Assembly (NCBI GenBank): GCA_002189035.1
Contig: NEEC01000015.1
Coordinates: 1,984,001-2,048,000 of the forward strand
Length of the DNA stretch: 64,000 bases
Direction: 5' to 3'
DNA from: Utricularia gibba
Taxonomy: Eukaryota; Plantae; Magnoliophyta
The position numbers and the translations under genes are program-made. The notes under the pieces were generated by a model, which was not told the origin of the DNA, did not search any database, and saw only the letters and a list, made by a program, of their open reading frames with translations. Position 1 is the stretch's first letter. Each line of letters begins with the position of its first letter. This document shows positions 45,367 to 60,287 of this stretch, in pieces.

Positions 45367-46459
<1,093 letters not shown>

Positions 46460-48506
46460 TCAAAAAAAGATTCAACCATGCCTTTTTTCACCCAATTTCC
46501 GACACCGCCCACCATGGAATTAGGGTTGAATCGATCAAATTCACATTTAATATATAAAAATATATTATAGTAATAAATTACCAAAATCATGTTTGATTAT
46601 TTATTTTCCTACAACTTGGGCTGATAGTGGGCTATGGGGAGGGGGTGAAGCGGCCCAATATCAACCCGGTCCATCCCCGACACGGCAGGTGGACAGCGAC
46701 ACGGGAAGAGGACACGTCCCTGTCCAAGTGTCAGCGAAAAAGCCGCACTTTGCACCGCCCCCTCCTTGGAAGTATTTTTACATAAAGATGAAGTGGATAC
46801 ACACTTTTACAAAGAAAACAAAAGCGACGCAAATTGCTTCCTATTATAAACGTCACCATCCATTCTTTTATATTGCTTTTTTGAAAAAAAAAAAAAAGCA
46901 TACCGTACAACTTTTCAAAAAAAAAAAATACTAAATTTTTTGTTAAAATTATACTTCTAAAAAAATAAATTTTTAATATAAAAATGGGAATGACAATCAC
47001 GATCACAAGTTGACGATGAAAAGGATGCGACGCATTCAGGAGTGTGGAATGGAAGAAATGCTGCTGCAAGTGTTGTACCTTTCCGCATTTATAAATTTGA
47101 TTACTTCTTCTTTTTATCTTGTATATTCAATTACAAAAATAATATTAAAGAATTTTTTAACATTTCTGGGTCACTAATATTATCTATCTTTTCGCACTAA
47201 TTACTCGAGAGGAAAATAAATTTCATATTTCGGATGCTGACGTGGCAAGCAGCATTGCATGATTTGGATAGGAGGGAGAGGGGGGGGGGGGGGTCACAAA
47301 TAAGATGCAATGTTGACATGTTCACAAGGCACTGCCACGTCATTTATAAAATTGGCCAATTTTACCTTGTTTTTTATGCAATAAATTAAACATTGTATAT
47401 TATGAGTGTCCAGATTTTTCACATCTTTTTGTACATAGAGAGTTGGTCAATTTGGTCATTTTATAAAATAAAAATACAAAATTATAAATTGGAATTTCCT
47501 TGGGATGATAAGTGAAAAAGATAGCCGCCTTATCCAACAGAAGCGATTTGCATCGGTTAATATTCATTGTATTTGTTATCTTTAGTTTTACATTAATACG
47601 CAAAAAAAATTAATAACATGGGAATAGAGGAAATTAACTCGTGCATGCATCATTTAGGCGACGTTTGGAAATTAATTTATGTTTGAAAATTGTTTTTTTT
47701 TTGTGAATGATTTTTATAGAAATGATAAGTAATTTTTACAAATAAACTTTATATTTAACGATATTTATTCGTATTTTATAAATATATAAATATATATAAC
47801 TATATAAATTATATTTTATATGATTACTATAGTTATAATAGAATTATATTCTGAAAGATTACATAATAGGAAAATTATACTTTATATTACTATTATAGTT
47901 CTAATAGATTTGTATTTAAAATTATAATCTTAAAATATTATATAAATATGTAAATAATATTTGTTATATAAATATGCAAATTATGTTTTATATTATTACC
48001 AAGTGTTTATTTAAAAATGTTAACGGTTGTAACTGTTTACATAAAAATGAATATAATTATACATTTGAATATCAGAATTATTCAAAAAAATGGGTATATG
48101 TTTAGAAGCTAAATATTATTTTAAAAATAAAAAATTGTTTTTGAGATGATGTAATTGGGTTTTAAAAAGTTGACTAAATTTTACCATGAAACGGTAAGAA
48201 CTGAGGAAATTTATCTCTCTCTCTCCGTCTTATCTTTTTCTCTCTCTAGCTCTTGGGATGATTCGTTATATAATATACCGCCCTCCGACGCCTTGTTTGC
48301 TTGTTGTAGATTCGTGAGTATTCTTCTCGTGTTTCCCGTCAATTGAAGGAGATTTTTCGGCCCCACGGATTCGTTGGGAGATTCCCATTCGATAAAACGC
48401 TCGCCTTTTTTCTACGGCCACCCTCCATTCAGCAATCAAGTCCCGGGGCGGGCGGTCTTGTTGACCTGCGGCATCTTTTTGTGTTGCTGTTGATGATCAT
48501 CAAGTG

Positions 48507-51500
48507 ATGGAACAGAAGCACGTGCTTTTGTCGGCATTGAGCGTCGGAGTTGGCGTGGGGCTCGGCTTGGTCTCTGGTTCGGCCGTCGGAAGATGGGCCG
48601 GAGGAAAGAACTATGCCGCGTCGGACAGCGTCTCCGCTGAGCAGATCGAGTTGGAGCTTCTTAAATTGGTCGTTGATGGCAGGCACAGCCAAGTTACATT
48701 TGAAGACTTTCCGTATTATGTCAGGTGAGTTGTTGGGGATGGGGGAGAAAAAAGAGGAAAAGAATCTTGTTTTTATTTTTACACCTTGAAAATATTCGTA
48801 GTTGGCTTAGTTATTTGTGCAAGTGTTGCGATTTCCTGTGTCGGATTCTGCTGTCCCGTGAATATCCGGGACATTTACACAAGGACCACTGCAACAAGTA
48901 CGAGGAATCATGGGGAATTTACAACTGCCTTGATACGAATAATTGCAGATTCATGGCGATATGTGGTTTTAATCGGAGGGTTTTTGGAAATATTTATGAA
49001 TCTGCTTTAGAATGACGCTGCCTTGTTCTTCGCATTAATGATGATGTTGATGGTGTGTTGATGCATTATTTGCAGCGATAGAACTCGGGTTTTATTGACA
49101 AGCGCCGCATATATTCATCTGAAGCACTTAGATGTATCCAAGCATATCAGGAATCTTTCTCCAAGGAGTCGCTCAATCTTGCTGTCAGGTCAAGCAGGTA
49201 ACTGATTCTTCCGTTTTTATATGAACCTGGTTCGACTTTTCTTTTGAGAATGATCGAGAAACCTGAATTTACTCTGCCCTCTTGTTAGAATTGTATCATC
49301 AAATGCTGGCTAAGGCTCTTGCTCATCATTTTGGAGCGAAGTTGCTGCTACTGGATTTAAATGAGTTTTCCCTGAAGGTGGTGACTGTGTTTCATGCACT
49401 TATAACATTGTATTATCAAGCATTCCCAACAATATTGACACTCATATTACCTATCATGCTCCTCAGGTCCAAAGCAAGTATGGGGTCACCAAAAAGGATC
49501 CTGTAAGACTGGTTCCACCTATAATTTTTTTCGTCAGTTGCATGCTTCATTCCTAGAAAGAGTTTTTGCAGATAGATGTTATCCTATTGTTATATATTTT
49601 TCGGTTTGCTGCAAAAAATATGTTGCAAACGAGCAATCTACTGTTGTGTAGGCTCTCAAGAGGTCTGTGTCAGAAGCTACATTGGAGCATTTATCCAATC
49701 TTTTCAGCTCATTTTCTCGGCTCCCCTACAGTGATGGCAGCAAAGGTATTACCTCCGCATTGTTTGCTTACACTTCATTGAGTTTATTTCACTGGTATTG
49801 AGATGGAGTTTGTGAACTTACTTATGAAGGCGCACAATTAATTTCTCGGTTTCTGTGACATCGGGTCAAGGAAACACTGCTTTCTTAACTCACCTTTCTG
49901 GGCTTGCATTCTAGTGATGATATGCTTTAAGGTTGTTGCTGGTAGTTTTATATGTTTAAGTCTCATGATCCCATTGAAGTTTTTCAATGAGGAATTTGCT
50001 CCTATCCAAAAATGGACTCTTTGTGAAAAACTATGCAATCCCTGTATGTAATTTGAGCTTCACTTGGAATGCAACTTAATAAGTTATCTTCAATGAAGGA
50101 ACATCATCGGCACCAAGAGATTCGTCGGACTCAGTGGTTAGGTAATGCTGAAATCTATTCTTCACCCTGAACTTCTGGACTGTTTTTGATGCCTTTCCTA
50201 TGGGTACTTTGTTTTCTTCTCGTTACAGAAATAATGAGGAGGATAGCACCCTTCCAACGCATCGGAAAACCTGTTCAGTGTCATCAGACACGAGTGCCAT
50301 CAGATCCCCTTCATCCTCTTCAAGTTCAGGTCTGCTTATCGTTTCTTCACTCTTCTGTCTGTCGCTAAGCACATCTTTTTTCTACAAATTCTTACTGTCT
50401 GTGCCTCTCAGGCTCTTCTGAGCGCCTTAGCAGCTGGTGTTTTGATGAGAAAGTTCTTATGCAGTCAATATACAAGGTAACTTATCACCCTTGTCTCTGT
50501 AGAAACCAATCCTTTTTACCCCTTTGGTTCACCAATAGTGTAGTAAACTAGGCCGTTGCATCATCCATGCTCTGCTTCTGGGATTGTGGTTAAGCCTACT
50601 CTCACTTAATTGACAGGTGTTGGTTTCTGTTTCTCAACAAAGCTGCATCATTCTCTACATCCGGGACGTTGATCGATTGTTTCTCCAGTCTCCGAGGCTA
50701 TACAAGCTGTGTGATCGTCTGTTCAAAAAGTTAACTGGATCAATTCTGGTTCTTGGTTCTCGAATGGTGAAACTTGTTGATGATTCTGTTCAAACGGATG
50801 AAAGATTGAGCCTTTTATTTCCATATGATATTGAAATTAGACCACCAGAAAACGAGGCTCATCTCCTTCATTGGAAGAACCAGCTGGAGCAGGATATGAA
50901 AAAGATGCAATACCAGGACAACAAGAACCATATTGCTGATGTACTTGCTGCAAATGATATCGAATGCAGTGACCTTGGCTCGCTATGTCTACTGGACACA
51001 ATAGACATAGCGAATAAAATCGAAGAAATCATAGTTTCTGCTCTCTCAATGCATTTGATGAATAACAAGAACCCAGAGTATCGCAATGGAAGGCTTGTTA
51101 TATCGAGTGAAAGGTGGCTAGTCGCCACCATATCAAGTTTCACATTGTCTTCTACAAAAATGTGACATCAACGATCTTCTAACAAATGACAGTCTTTTTT
51201 GTTGCAGTTTAGCACAGGGATTACGCATCTTTCGAGGAAAGGGATCTCATTGCTGCGAGGTTCGTTTCTTCTCAGATATATTTGCATGCTTCAGCCCAGA
51301 ATGTTGACTCTCGTATCTTGTTTTGAAAACGTGATTAGTATCCAGATGAGGACGACGATGATGAGCCAGGAGCTGAACCAAAGTCGGCAGGTGTGACAAC
51401 TGACAGCAAGGATGAGCCTGAAAAATCAACGCCCGTAAGCACTCTCAACTCTCCCAAAATCAAAATGCAGTTTTATGGTTTGTTTACTTCTACGAGCTGC

Positions 51501-52985
51501 GTTCCCTTCACATGGCTCACCAACTTGATCTCCTGCACTTATTGTCATAGCCTTTTCCCTTACAAAAGTAGATTCAGGGAAACTTATGCTTTGTGTTTAA
51601 ATGCTGTGAACTGCAAGACCACCTCTCTTTTCTTAGCAATTTGGAATTTCAAAGAAAACTTATGCTGTGTTTATATTGTCACAGGAAGTGCCTCCAGACA
51701 ACGAATTCGAGAAAAGAATACGCTCAGAAGTTATCCCGGCAAGCGAGATTGGTGTAACATTTGCTGATATTGGCTCATTAGATGAGGTTAAAGAGTCTCT
51801 CCAAGAGCTGGTCATGCTTCCCCTGCGAAGGCCGGACTTGTTCCGTGGTGGCCTTTTAAAGCCCTGCAGAGGCATTCTCCTATTTGGCCCCCCAGGAACA
51901 GGGAAAACAATGCTCGCCAAGGCCATTGCCAGTGAGGCTGGTGCAAGCTTTATAAACATCTCAATGTCAACCGTCACCTCCAAATGGTTCGGGGAGGATG
52001 AGAAGACTGTAAGGGCACTTTTTACGCTTGCCGCAAAGGTGTCTCCGACCATCATCTTTATAGATGAGGTGGACAGCATGCTTGGACAGCGATCTCGAGT
52101 AAACGAGCATGAGGCCATGAGAAAAATCAAGAATGAGTTCATGACTCGCTGGGATGGCCTCTTAACAAAGCCGGGTGAACGTATTCTTGTTCTTGCAGCA
52201 ACAAATCGGCCCTTCGACCTTGATGAAGCCATCATCAGGCGCTTTGAACGCAGGTGTGTGCACTTTCTTCTTTCTTTTTGTAAATCCAAGGAGGTATATA
52301 TCATCCATGCTTGCTCTTGTTTGGCACAGAATATTGGTTGATCTGCCGTCTGTCGAGAGCAGAGAAAGTATCCTTCGAACCCTGTTGTCAAAAGAGAAGG
52401 TTGATGACATAGACTTCAAAGAGATCGCCACAATCACGGAGGGATACAGTGGAAGTGATCTGAAGGTCTGGTTTTTGTTATCCCACAAGTATTTGTTGTC
52501 CTGTTCAGATGACTCATCATTTTAGCTACTGCAAACAGAATCTGTGCGTCACCGCAGCATATTGCCCTGTGCGAGAACTGATACAGGAAGAGATTAGGAA
52601 GGATAAGGTACGCACCCATGCATTCCTTTTGCATTAGATCTTTTAACAAAAGAAACACATTATTTCCTTCAGGAGAAGAAGCAGAGAAATGAAGAAAAGG
52701 AAGGGCAGGTGTCTGAAAATCCTTCTGCTGCAACAGAGGAAAGGGTTATTTCACTCAGGCCTTTAACAATGGAAGACCTCAGGCTAGCTAAAAGCCAGGT
52801 AAAAAGGAATAACACTTCAACCGAGGGCTATTGCAGCAGAGGACTGAGTCCCTGCTCTGTTTTTCCTGCAGGTTGCAGCAAGCTCCGCTAGCGAGGGATC
52901 TGTAATGGCTGAGCTGAGACGGTGGAACGAGCTTTTCGGAGAAGGTGGCTCTCGACAGAAACAACAGCTATCCTACTTCATATAA
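48507..52985 (+). CDS. Plant AAA-type ATPase with N-terminal membrane anchor, multi-exon
   Basis: MEQKHVLLSALSVGVGVGLGL...VTFEDFPYY; EIGVTFADIGSLDEVKESLQELVMLPLRRPDLF; Walker A GPPGTGKT; Walker B IIFIDEVD; ATNRPFDLDEAIIRRF; WNELFGEGGSR. Confidence 0.92.
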
Positions 52986-54080
52986 CAGAAGCAATGGAGA
53001 CAACATTCTCCTCAGGCCTTGAGGCCCTTATAGAGAGACAGAGAAAATGATGCATGGACGAGTGTATAGTATAAATACCAGAATCCCCTGCTGCAGCTAT
53101 CCTCCTCATGCAGCCTGTAACAGCAACCAGTATTCCAGTAAATGCGACATAAAGTATGTTACCCTCCCGCCATGACCACACCCTCCTTGCTTCCCTTTCA
53201 TTCCTTTTCACAAGTTACTGCAGTAATTCTTGGAACGGACAGCACAATTTGATGCCGCATAAATGTGTAAGAGAATGGTCCAGCAGCAGCAATAGCAGAT
53301 TGGCCAAGCGCCAGACATGAAACTTTCTTTTTATAATGGAGTGAGTCAATCAATGGCTTGAGGAATATGGGAATTCCGGAGCAAGTGTCGTTTTCAGTCT
53401 TACTCCTAATGGATCATTTAATGCGGCCCGTGGTCCAAATACAATTACTATTTATGCCATTCAAAGTCAAGATCCGTACAGCGACATTCATGGGGTCGAA
53501 AGCTCGCTCTCATTTCCCATGTCCGCTAATTATTGTTACGCGTTTTTTGAACAATTATATCTTTTTTTCCAATTAAAAAATAATTGATACTAAAAACATA
53601 GGTGTAAGATTATAGACTATGATTCTTGTACTTTTATTCCCCGTTGATTGGGAATGGAGGGTGTCACGAATTGCTGACGTCATCATTAAATGACGCTGGT
53701 ACGAAGAACTAATTAGTAATATTATTACGTTACACATCTCTGGAAGGTGTCGCTGTCAACTTCTTGTCCTAAAAAAAGTGACCCGAGGACCCAATTGTTT
53801 GTGTCTGGTCAATTTAGGCCACATTTTTTCAGGGAATGGATAAAATAAATAAGAAAGCATGCAAATATGTGATGTTACTGGGTATTATTTTGGATTAAAA
53901 TTTGAACATAAATGTGGTATGTAGAAAAGCAAGAAGATTACAAATGAAAAATTAAAATATGAATTTGGTTTTTGACGGACTCTGTACACGGAAAATTTGG
54001 AAACGGTGTTGTTGTCCCTAGGGGTACATACATGACGTCATCTTACTGGAAAAGGACATCACCGCCACCGGGGCGGCGAT

Positions 54081-54989
54081 TCAGATGCTACACCGTTTGA
54101 GATCCAGGCAGGGGGTGGTGTCTTTCTCGCGCGACGGGTCGCTTGCCGATCGAGTCAGATGCGAGGTTTCTGGCGTGATTTGAAAGAGAGAAGGGGGTGA
54201 ATGAGATTTCCGATTTCGACCTTGAGGGAGAAGGAGAAGAGCAGAAGCGGGCGTACCTGTGGAGGAGGGAGCGGAGGAGTTGTAGGATTTTTTGCAGTAG
54301 AGAATGGCGCCTTGGATACCGTCGTGCTGTTCCAGAAGGGTGTCGTCTCGCCGGCGAATCTGCGGTTGGAGTGGTCCACAGGGGACAGTGGGAGCCGACC
54401 GGATTCTCCCTAATCCAGTGGCGGCGGCGACCTTGAAGTTGGCGATTCGACTGCTCTCGTGATAGAGCTTGCGCCGTGAGGAATTGGCGGGGGCGGAAGG
54501 CGGCGTTACCGAATCCGTTGGTTTGGATTTCTTGGAGTAGAAGGGCTTCATCAGTTTGAGATACTTGGGGAACGGCCTCCCCGACGAAGCGACGTCGTTC
54601 GGGGCGTCGTTTTCGTTAGGGTTCAACATTTCGCTACGCAGACTATTCCCTCTGGCGAAAACCGCTCTGCATTTCGAAGGCTTCAACAGCAACCACTTGC
54701 TCAACGGACTCGCCTTCACCTCGCCGGCATCGGAAGCCGAATCGGAGCTCGTGGATCTCCTGAAACCGAACGTGAACACCCTAAGCTTATTCTGCGGCGC
54801 GAGCACAGTCACCGGCGAGGAAGGCCCCTTCCGGACGACGACATCCGCCGCCTTCCCAAGCAGTTCCTTCCGCTGCGGCGATTCAAGGACGAGGTCGAAG
54901 AAGGAGTCCCCACCGTCGTCCTCCCCATCGTCCTCCGTGAGCTCATCGGCGTTGCGGCGAAGGTTAAGAAAGGCGACAAGCGAGTCCAT
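54081..54989 (-). CDS. MAKR5: Membrane-associated kinase regulator (BKI1/MAKR family), MAKR5-like
   Basis: MDSLVAFL...DSFFDL; KYLKLMKPFY; GRIRSAP; DDTLLEQHDGIQGAILYCKKSY; probable 87-nt in-frame intron 54170-54256. Confidence 0.8.
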   Translation of the reverse strand: MDSLVAFLNLRRNADELTEDDGEDDGGDSFFDLVLESPQRKELLGKAADVVVRKGPSSPVTVLAPQNKLRVFTFGFRRSTSSDSASDAGEVKASPLSKWLLLKPSKCRAVFARGNSLRSEMLNPNENDAPNDVASSGRPFPKYLKLMKPFYSKKSKPTDSVTPPSAPANSSRRKLYHESSRIANFKVAAATGLGRIRSAPTVPCGPLQPQIRRRDDTLLEQHDGIQGAILYCKKSYNSSAPSSTGTPASALLLLPQGRNRKSHSPPSLFQITPETSHLTRSASDPSREKDTTPCLDLKRCSI

Positions 54990-56185
54990 TTGGGGGGCAG
55001 CAGGAGGCGTGAAGTAAATACAGAGGCGCGGGGCGAGAGTGAAACCAAAATGGCGAGTTTCGGAGGCAATATGAAGATGCGGATCGAAACGCAGCGTTTT
55101 GGGAGTCAAAGGCGAGGATGGACTGATGGCAGAGGCCTCAGGTTGCGCCAGTCTGCTTTTTCTGAAAAATGGCGTGGACCGCTCCCCCGCTCTGGACCCA
55201 AAATAAATAAATAAAAATAATCTCCTTTCCACAATTGTGACATCATGTTACTATTACTACCATCACTTAATGTTGCTTCATAAATAAAAAAGTTTGCATT
55301 TTTCTCACAAAAATAAAGAGGGTATGGTCGATATCATCACTTTCCAAAAAAAAAAATTCATAAAAATAATTTCTTTTACCGAAAATTCAAAAGTGCAGCC
55401 ACCAAAAAGAAAAAAAAACAATAAAGGGTGGAATGTCATGATAGAGAAAGAGAGGGAAACGTTTAAGGGGGCAACTCAACACCCGAAGAAACTTCTAAAA
55501 AGGGAGTAGGAAAAGAGCCAAAAAGTAAAAGACTTGAAGACAAGAGGGGGAGTGGTAAAAAAAAAAAGTAAAAAAAAACAAAGAAGAAAAGAAAAGAAAA
55601 AAAAGCAAAGCTTTGTAAGTGAGGAATAGGAGGAGATGGTGCACTTTCATCTTTCCTATTTTATTTTTTAATTTCTACTTTTTTACCCTATTAAAAATTC
55701 TATCTTTTCTTGAAAATTTTTGTGGGGGCCACAGATTTGGGGGCTTACCAAAAGCAATTTTTGTTAAAGGGGCATTTATTTTAATTTTTTTTATTTAAAA
55801 AGTGCTTTGGATAAAATGGGGAACAAAGGCAAAAGAGGACTGTAAAGCGGTTAGGGAAAGAAGAATGGGTGATGATGATCAGCATCGTAATGACACTCTC
55901 TCTCTGTGCCGCTTCAGGGACATTGTGTAATAATCAGAGGATCTTGTTACAGATCTCCAATCTTTGTAATGAAAATGCAGGATTCAAAATCAAGAAAAGG
56001 GGGGTTCTTTATGCAGATTGCAGGCAGTGCGCTGTCAAAACTGGAAATTTTTTGGTTTTTATCCTGCAGTGAAATCAGTCGGGGAGTATTAGACAAAACC
56101 ATGGCCATGGGCGGCTTCTATGAGTTGTTAAATATTGCAAACGGTAAATCACACGGAGGCGAATGCGCGGGCGTTAACACAACTG

Positions 56186-58786
56186 CTACGATCTTCCGAT
56201 GGAGGGTAGAGAGCTTGGGAGGGAAGCACCGGGCCGGTAGTCACCGAAGTTGGCGATGAACAACGGGTCGTTTTCGGCGAAGCTTTGCTCTCCGCTGGTC
56301 CAGGCACTAGCTTGATTCAGTTCCTCAACCTTTTCCAGTTCTTTGGTCAGATCATCCATCGTTTTCTTCAGGCCAGATTTGCTCATCTTGCCCTGCTCTC
56401 CGGTCGATATGCCAACCATGGTTATCTTGGGGAGAAGCCGAGAGTGTGGTTGTGCCGGCTCTGTGCCTAAATGTTCTCTATGAAATGAAACGGGCACTGT
56501 TTCGTCAAGGTTCCAAGGTTAGACGATATCGGAATATGCGAGGGATTTGAAGAATACCTTGTTTCCGGTGGAGTTCCTTCATGTTTCCCCAGTTGGTCAA
56601 GCCATGGATTCTTCAGCCAGTCGCCAAAGGAAAACCCCAGATTCAGCGGCCATTTTTGTGGCTCATGAGTTCTTCTATCCCCTTCTTCCGAGTGTGCGGA
56701 GCCACGACATGGAAGTTGGGCACCTTGGTCTTCATCCCTTCCTTGAGAAGAGACTGATTTCGAATGATTCTGTAACCTTTGGAACGAAGCTGTGCTCCTG
56801 CATGTAGATACATTCCAGTGAACCATTTGAAAACCGAAGAACTATTGCATTGTGTGCATCACGTACTTCCTCTCAAATGAGTCGATCACGTAAGGGAACT
56901 TGGGTTGGATACCAGTGGCCTTGCGCAACCATCTATTTCCGAGCAGAACTCTGTCGACCGCATATAAAAGCTGAATCTCAGCAGCCTTCGTTATGATGCT
57001 CAGTGGGATACTCGGATACCCAACTTCGTCCATTATTTCTTGAACCTATCAAGCAGAGTTGAAGGAATCTAAGAAAACCCTTTGGCTCTTTATCTTGCAA
57101 CTGGGATTGCAGAATAGGAGCTCATTCAAACCTCTGGAGGATCCCACATACTCTCTGCCATTTCTTCGACCACACCTGTGCTGACGTTGTCATCAGCTAC
57201 CTCGTGGCTCCTTTGAAAGTGCCGTGTTTCGATCAGTGATTGGAAATGCTGATCAACGGAGTCTTCCAGGATGTTATCTAACATGTTCTTGTCAAAGAAG
57301 TAAGGAGTGTACCTGGACAAAGGAAGATATGAACATCAGTTATGGAGTCATAGGCTTAAACCAGACATGCGCTATGAAATGCATCGTCTTCTGCTCACCA
57401 CTTGATGCCCTCTTTAGTTGCTATAGCAATGTCCAAGTTTTGAGCACTAAAAACAGGAACACCCTCCACTTTCGTTTTCCCATGAACATGTGGCAAAGCT
57501 TTTAGAAGTTTGTTTGCCTCGGCAACCTAATGTATTGAATTATGCAAGTAGCATTAAGCTAAAACAGAAGTTCTCAACCTAAAAACTTTAACACTAGCGC
57601 GCAGCAGCAAACCTGTTTCTTGTTTGGAACAAACTGAAACAAGTGAGGCTTCTCCTGCATTTCAAACAAACGGAGTGCAGAATTCTGTAACACACATACG
57701 AATAAGTTGAAAGATTTATGCTTCAATAGAGCAAGCTAGAACCTTAAAATGCTCATAAGCAATATCAAGGCGGCAGGAACCTACTACACCACTGGGAATA
57801 TTTAGCTGTTTCACATAAGAAACTGGGGCAATAAATTAGTTAGAAAAATGCCAAAGAGCCAGGAGGGCATTAGGAAGATTAACGATAATTTACTGTGATT
57901 CGCGGATTTCAAGGATTAGTTTCTACCTGCATCACCAAGATCCATAAAGAAACGGAATACAGGGCCATTTCTTTCACTCCTTGTGACTGCTGAAAAAATC
58001 TTCTTTAGCCACTCAGGTGTTCTGCCAATAGTGAGTTTTTAACGATTACTGAGAAATGCCATAAACTGACAAACTCTTTTAATTTAAGGGACACAAATAG
58101 CCATTTACAAACAAAGAGTAAAGGCATCCACTGCTCAAACCACAATCTTGCATAGCATACAGAAAGGTTAAGTCTTCCAACAGATGAAAAGATGAGCCTC
58201 AAGCATTTGGAAAAAACGGGGAGTAAGCTCTAGACACTTAACAGCAATTTCCCCAAAACAGAAAAAAAGGACCAACTTCAATCAAGAAACAACGATTTAA
58301 CCATGAGTAGGATACACACGACTAAAATTTTTCCAGCAATTGATGAAATATATACCTTTTAGACAGAAAAGGGATATCAAAATGAGTCGAGACCGCCATT
58401 AATCCGGTGCCAGAGAGGTCACACATACTGAAAACCTGGCCTACGAAAGCCGGGCCACCGCCCTTTCCGGTGGATATCCGGACGGAGGAGGGGAACTCTG
58501 AACTGGGTTCGGAAGACGACATACTCCTCATGTGAGAAGAGGATTGGGGATTTACCTGCCCCTTATTAATGGAATCAGAATCTGGAGGAGCCGAGACAGA
58601 AGTAGAAGAAGAAGGTGAGAAAAAGGAGTGATGGGCGAGAGGAAAATGGATTCTCGAAGAAGTCGTCGCCGGAGACGGCAGCTTGCCAGGTGCAAGAGTG
58701 GTCGGTACGGATAGGAAGATGCGGGACAAATCCGAGGCCGGAGAGCGCCGACGCTGACGATGGCAAAAGTCTGCCGTGGAGGCCAT
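56186..58786 (-). CDS. Tic22-like family protein, multi-exon
   Basis: Transit-like N-terminus; GGGPAFVGQVFSMCDLSGTGLMAVSTHFDIPF; TPEWLKKIFS...GPVFRFFMDLGDA; GVPVFSAQNLDIAI; YTPYFFDKNMLDNILE; GNRWLRKATGIQPKFPY. Confidence 0.83.
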
Positions 58787-58970
58787 CCGAATGATATGAA
58801 GGACGAATTTCCCATTTAAACAATTGAAATAAAATTGCCCATTTTTCGAAATATTGATAATATTTGCAAATTATTACGAATGGAAATCCAAATAGATAAT
58901 ACATTAAATCGGCAGCATACATCTAAATCAAGGAGACAGACTCTCCACGTCAGCTGGGCACGACAGCAAT

Positions 58971-59685
58971 TCAGGCGAGAACAAACTTGAACGGCAGCCG
59001 CCACCATCGCCGTCGCCACCACCGGCTAATTATACCACTGGAGGCCGGATTGTAATAAGGTGGAGGGTAGCGTGAATACGCCCATTGACGACCCTCTGCT
59101 TCGTTGGTTTCCTTTTCGTCTTCGTCTTCCTCCTCCTCCTCCTCTGCTGACCGCACGGAGATGATTTCCACGCAGCAAAGCTTACGCAGCTTAATCACAA
59201 CCTCCACCGGATCTACATCTCCAGTGAAGGCCAGCTTTTTCTTCTCAGAATCAATGAAAACGGACTCAATCCCTGTCGACAATCGATTTCATGCACTTGT
59301 AACGAATTAGAGGTTCAAATACCAGACGCGCAACCCAAAATTGAAAAGACTGTTCCTTCGAATCGAGGTCAGTACCTGCGAAGCCTGCAACTTTCTCCAT
59401 GCTCTTCCTCTTCAGCTTCCCATCCATGTAGTTAAATTTCAGAACAACCGTCTGCAGCAGGGGTAGGATACATAAAAGAATAAAAAAACGAGGAACCCAC
59501 AAGCAAACATGGTTGTATGACCGTGAAAGCTAACAATATAAAAACTTTTACGACGTAAAAGAGATCATCTAAACACACCTTTCAAATAAAGCATCTACCA
59601 TCAACACAAAGACATAAGATTCTATAAAATTTCAAAGAGACAAATGGTCGAACAGGGGATGGGCAGTGAAACAACTGACCTTCAT
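58971..59685 (-). CDS. HMA-fold (HIPP/HPP-like) protein lacking CxxC, 3 exons
   Basis: MK|TVVLKFNYMDGKLKRKSMEKVAGFA|GIESVFIDSEKKKLAFTGDVDPVEVVIKLRK, then an acidic tract and a YPPPYY tail. Confidence 0.8.
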
Positions 59686-60054
59686 CTCCAAATTTAGCTA
59701 GGAATCAGAGAGACCAGAGAGCATGAAAATGAGCTACACCAAGAAGGCCGCTCCACCTTCACGTGAATAAGGAAAACTCGAATTTCTTCTCTCTCCTCAG
59801 GAAGTCAAGTCAAGTCAAGTCAACTCTTGATTTCTTAAAAAGATTTTTTAATTGCTTAAACAAATAATTTCATTTATAAATCTCACACTGAGTTTTGCTC
59901 AGTCTTCATTTCTAAATCACTCAATTTAAGGGATAACATTAATGGCAAATATATTAATATTAAAAATTAAAATTGCATTTCCTAATTAACTAGACAATTT
60001 TTTATTTAAATAATTGAAAAAGGGCATCATTAATTTTTGGGTGTTAGGGAATTG

Positions 60055-60125
60055 GGCTTGGGTGTCAGGCCTGAGCCATTATGTGGTCAGTCGATAATGG
60101 GCCGGGAATCAGTTTTGGGCCCATG
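60055..60125. promoter_or_regulatory. Site II (TGGGCY) cluster in the divergent HMA / RVE promoter
   Basis: tgggct, agccca, tgggcc and tgggccca within 70 bp. Confidence 0.5.
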
Positions 60126-60287
60126 ATCGGGTTCTGTAGTTCAATTTCTGTTGGGTTCCCGAAAGCGTTTCATCAGAAGACTTTTTGGAGTTCCGACGTT
60201 GGTTTTGAAACAAGAGGTGTGCGTGCCGTACTTTCGCAGCGCATAGTTTCAGTGAACTCGATCTGCTTGAGGCTGTCTTCCTCGGGG

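Noticed and set aside
54556-55017. 153-aa plus ORF and other ORFs over MAKR5
   Set aside because: Antisense shadows of a GC-rich exon.
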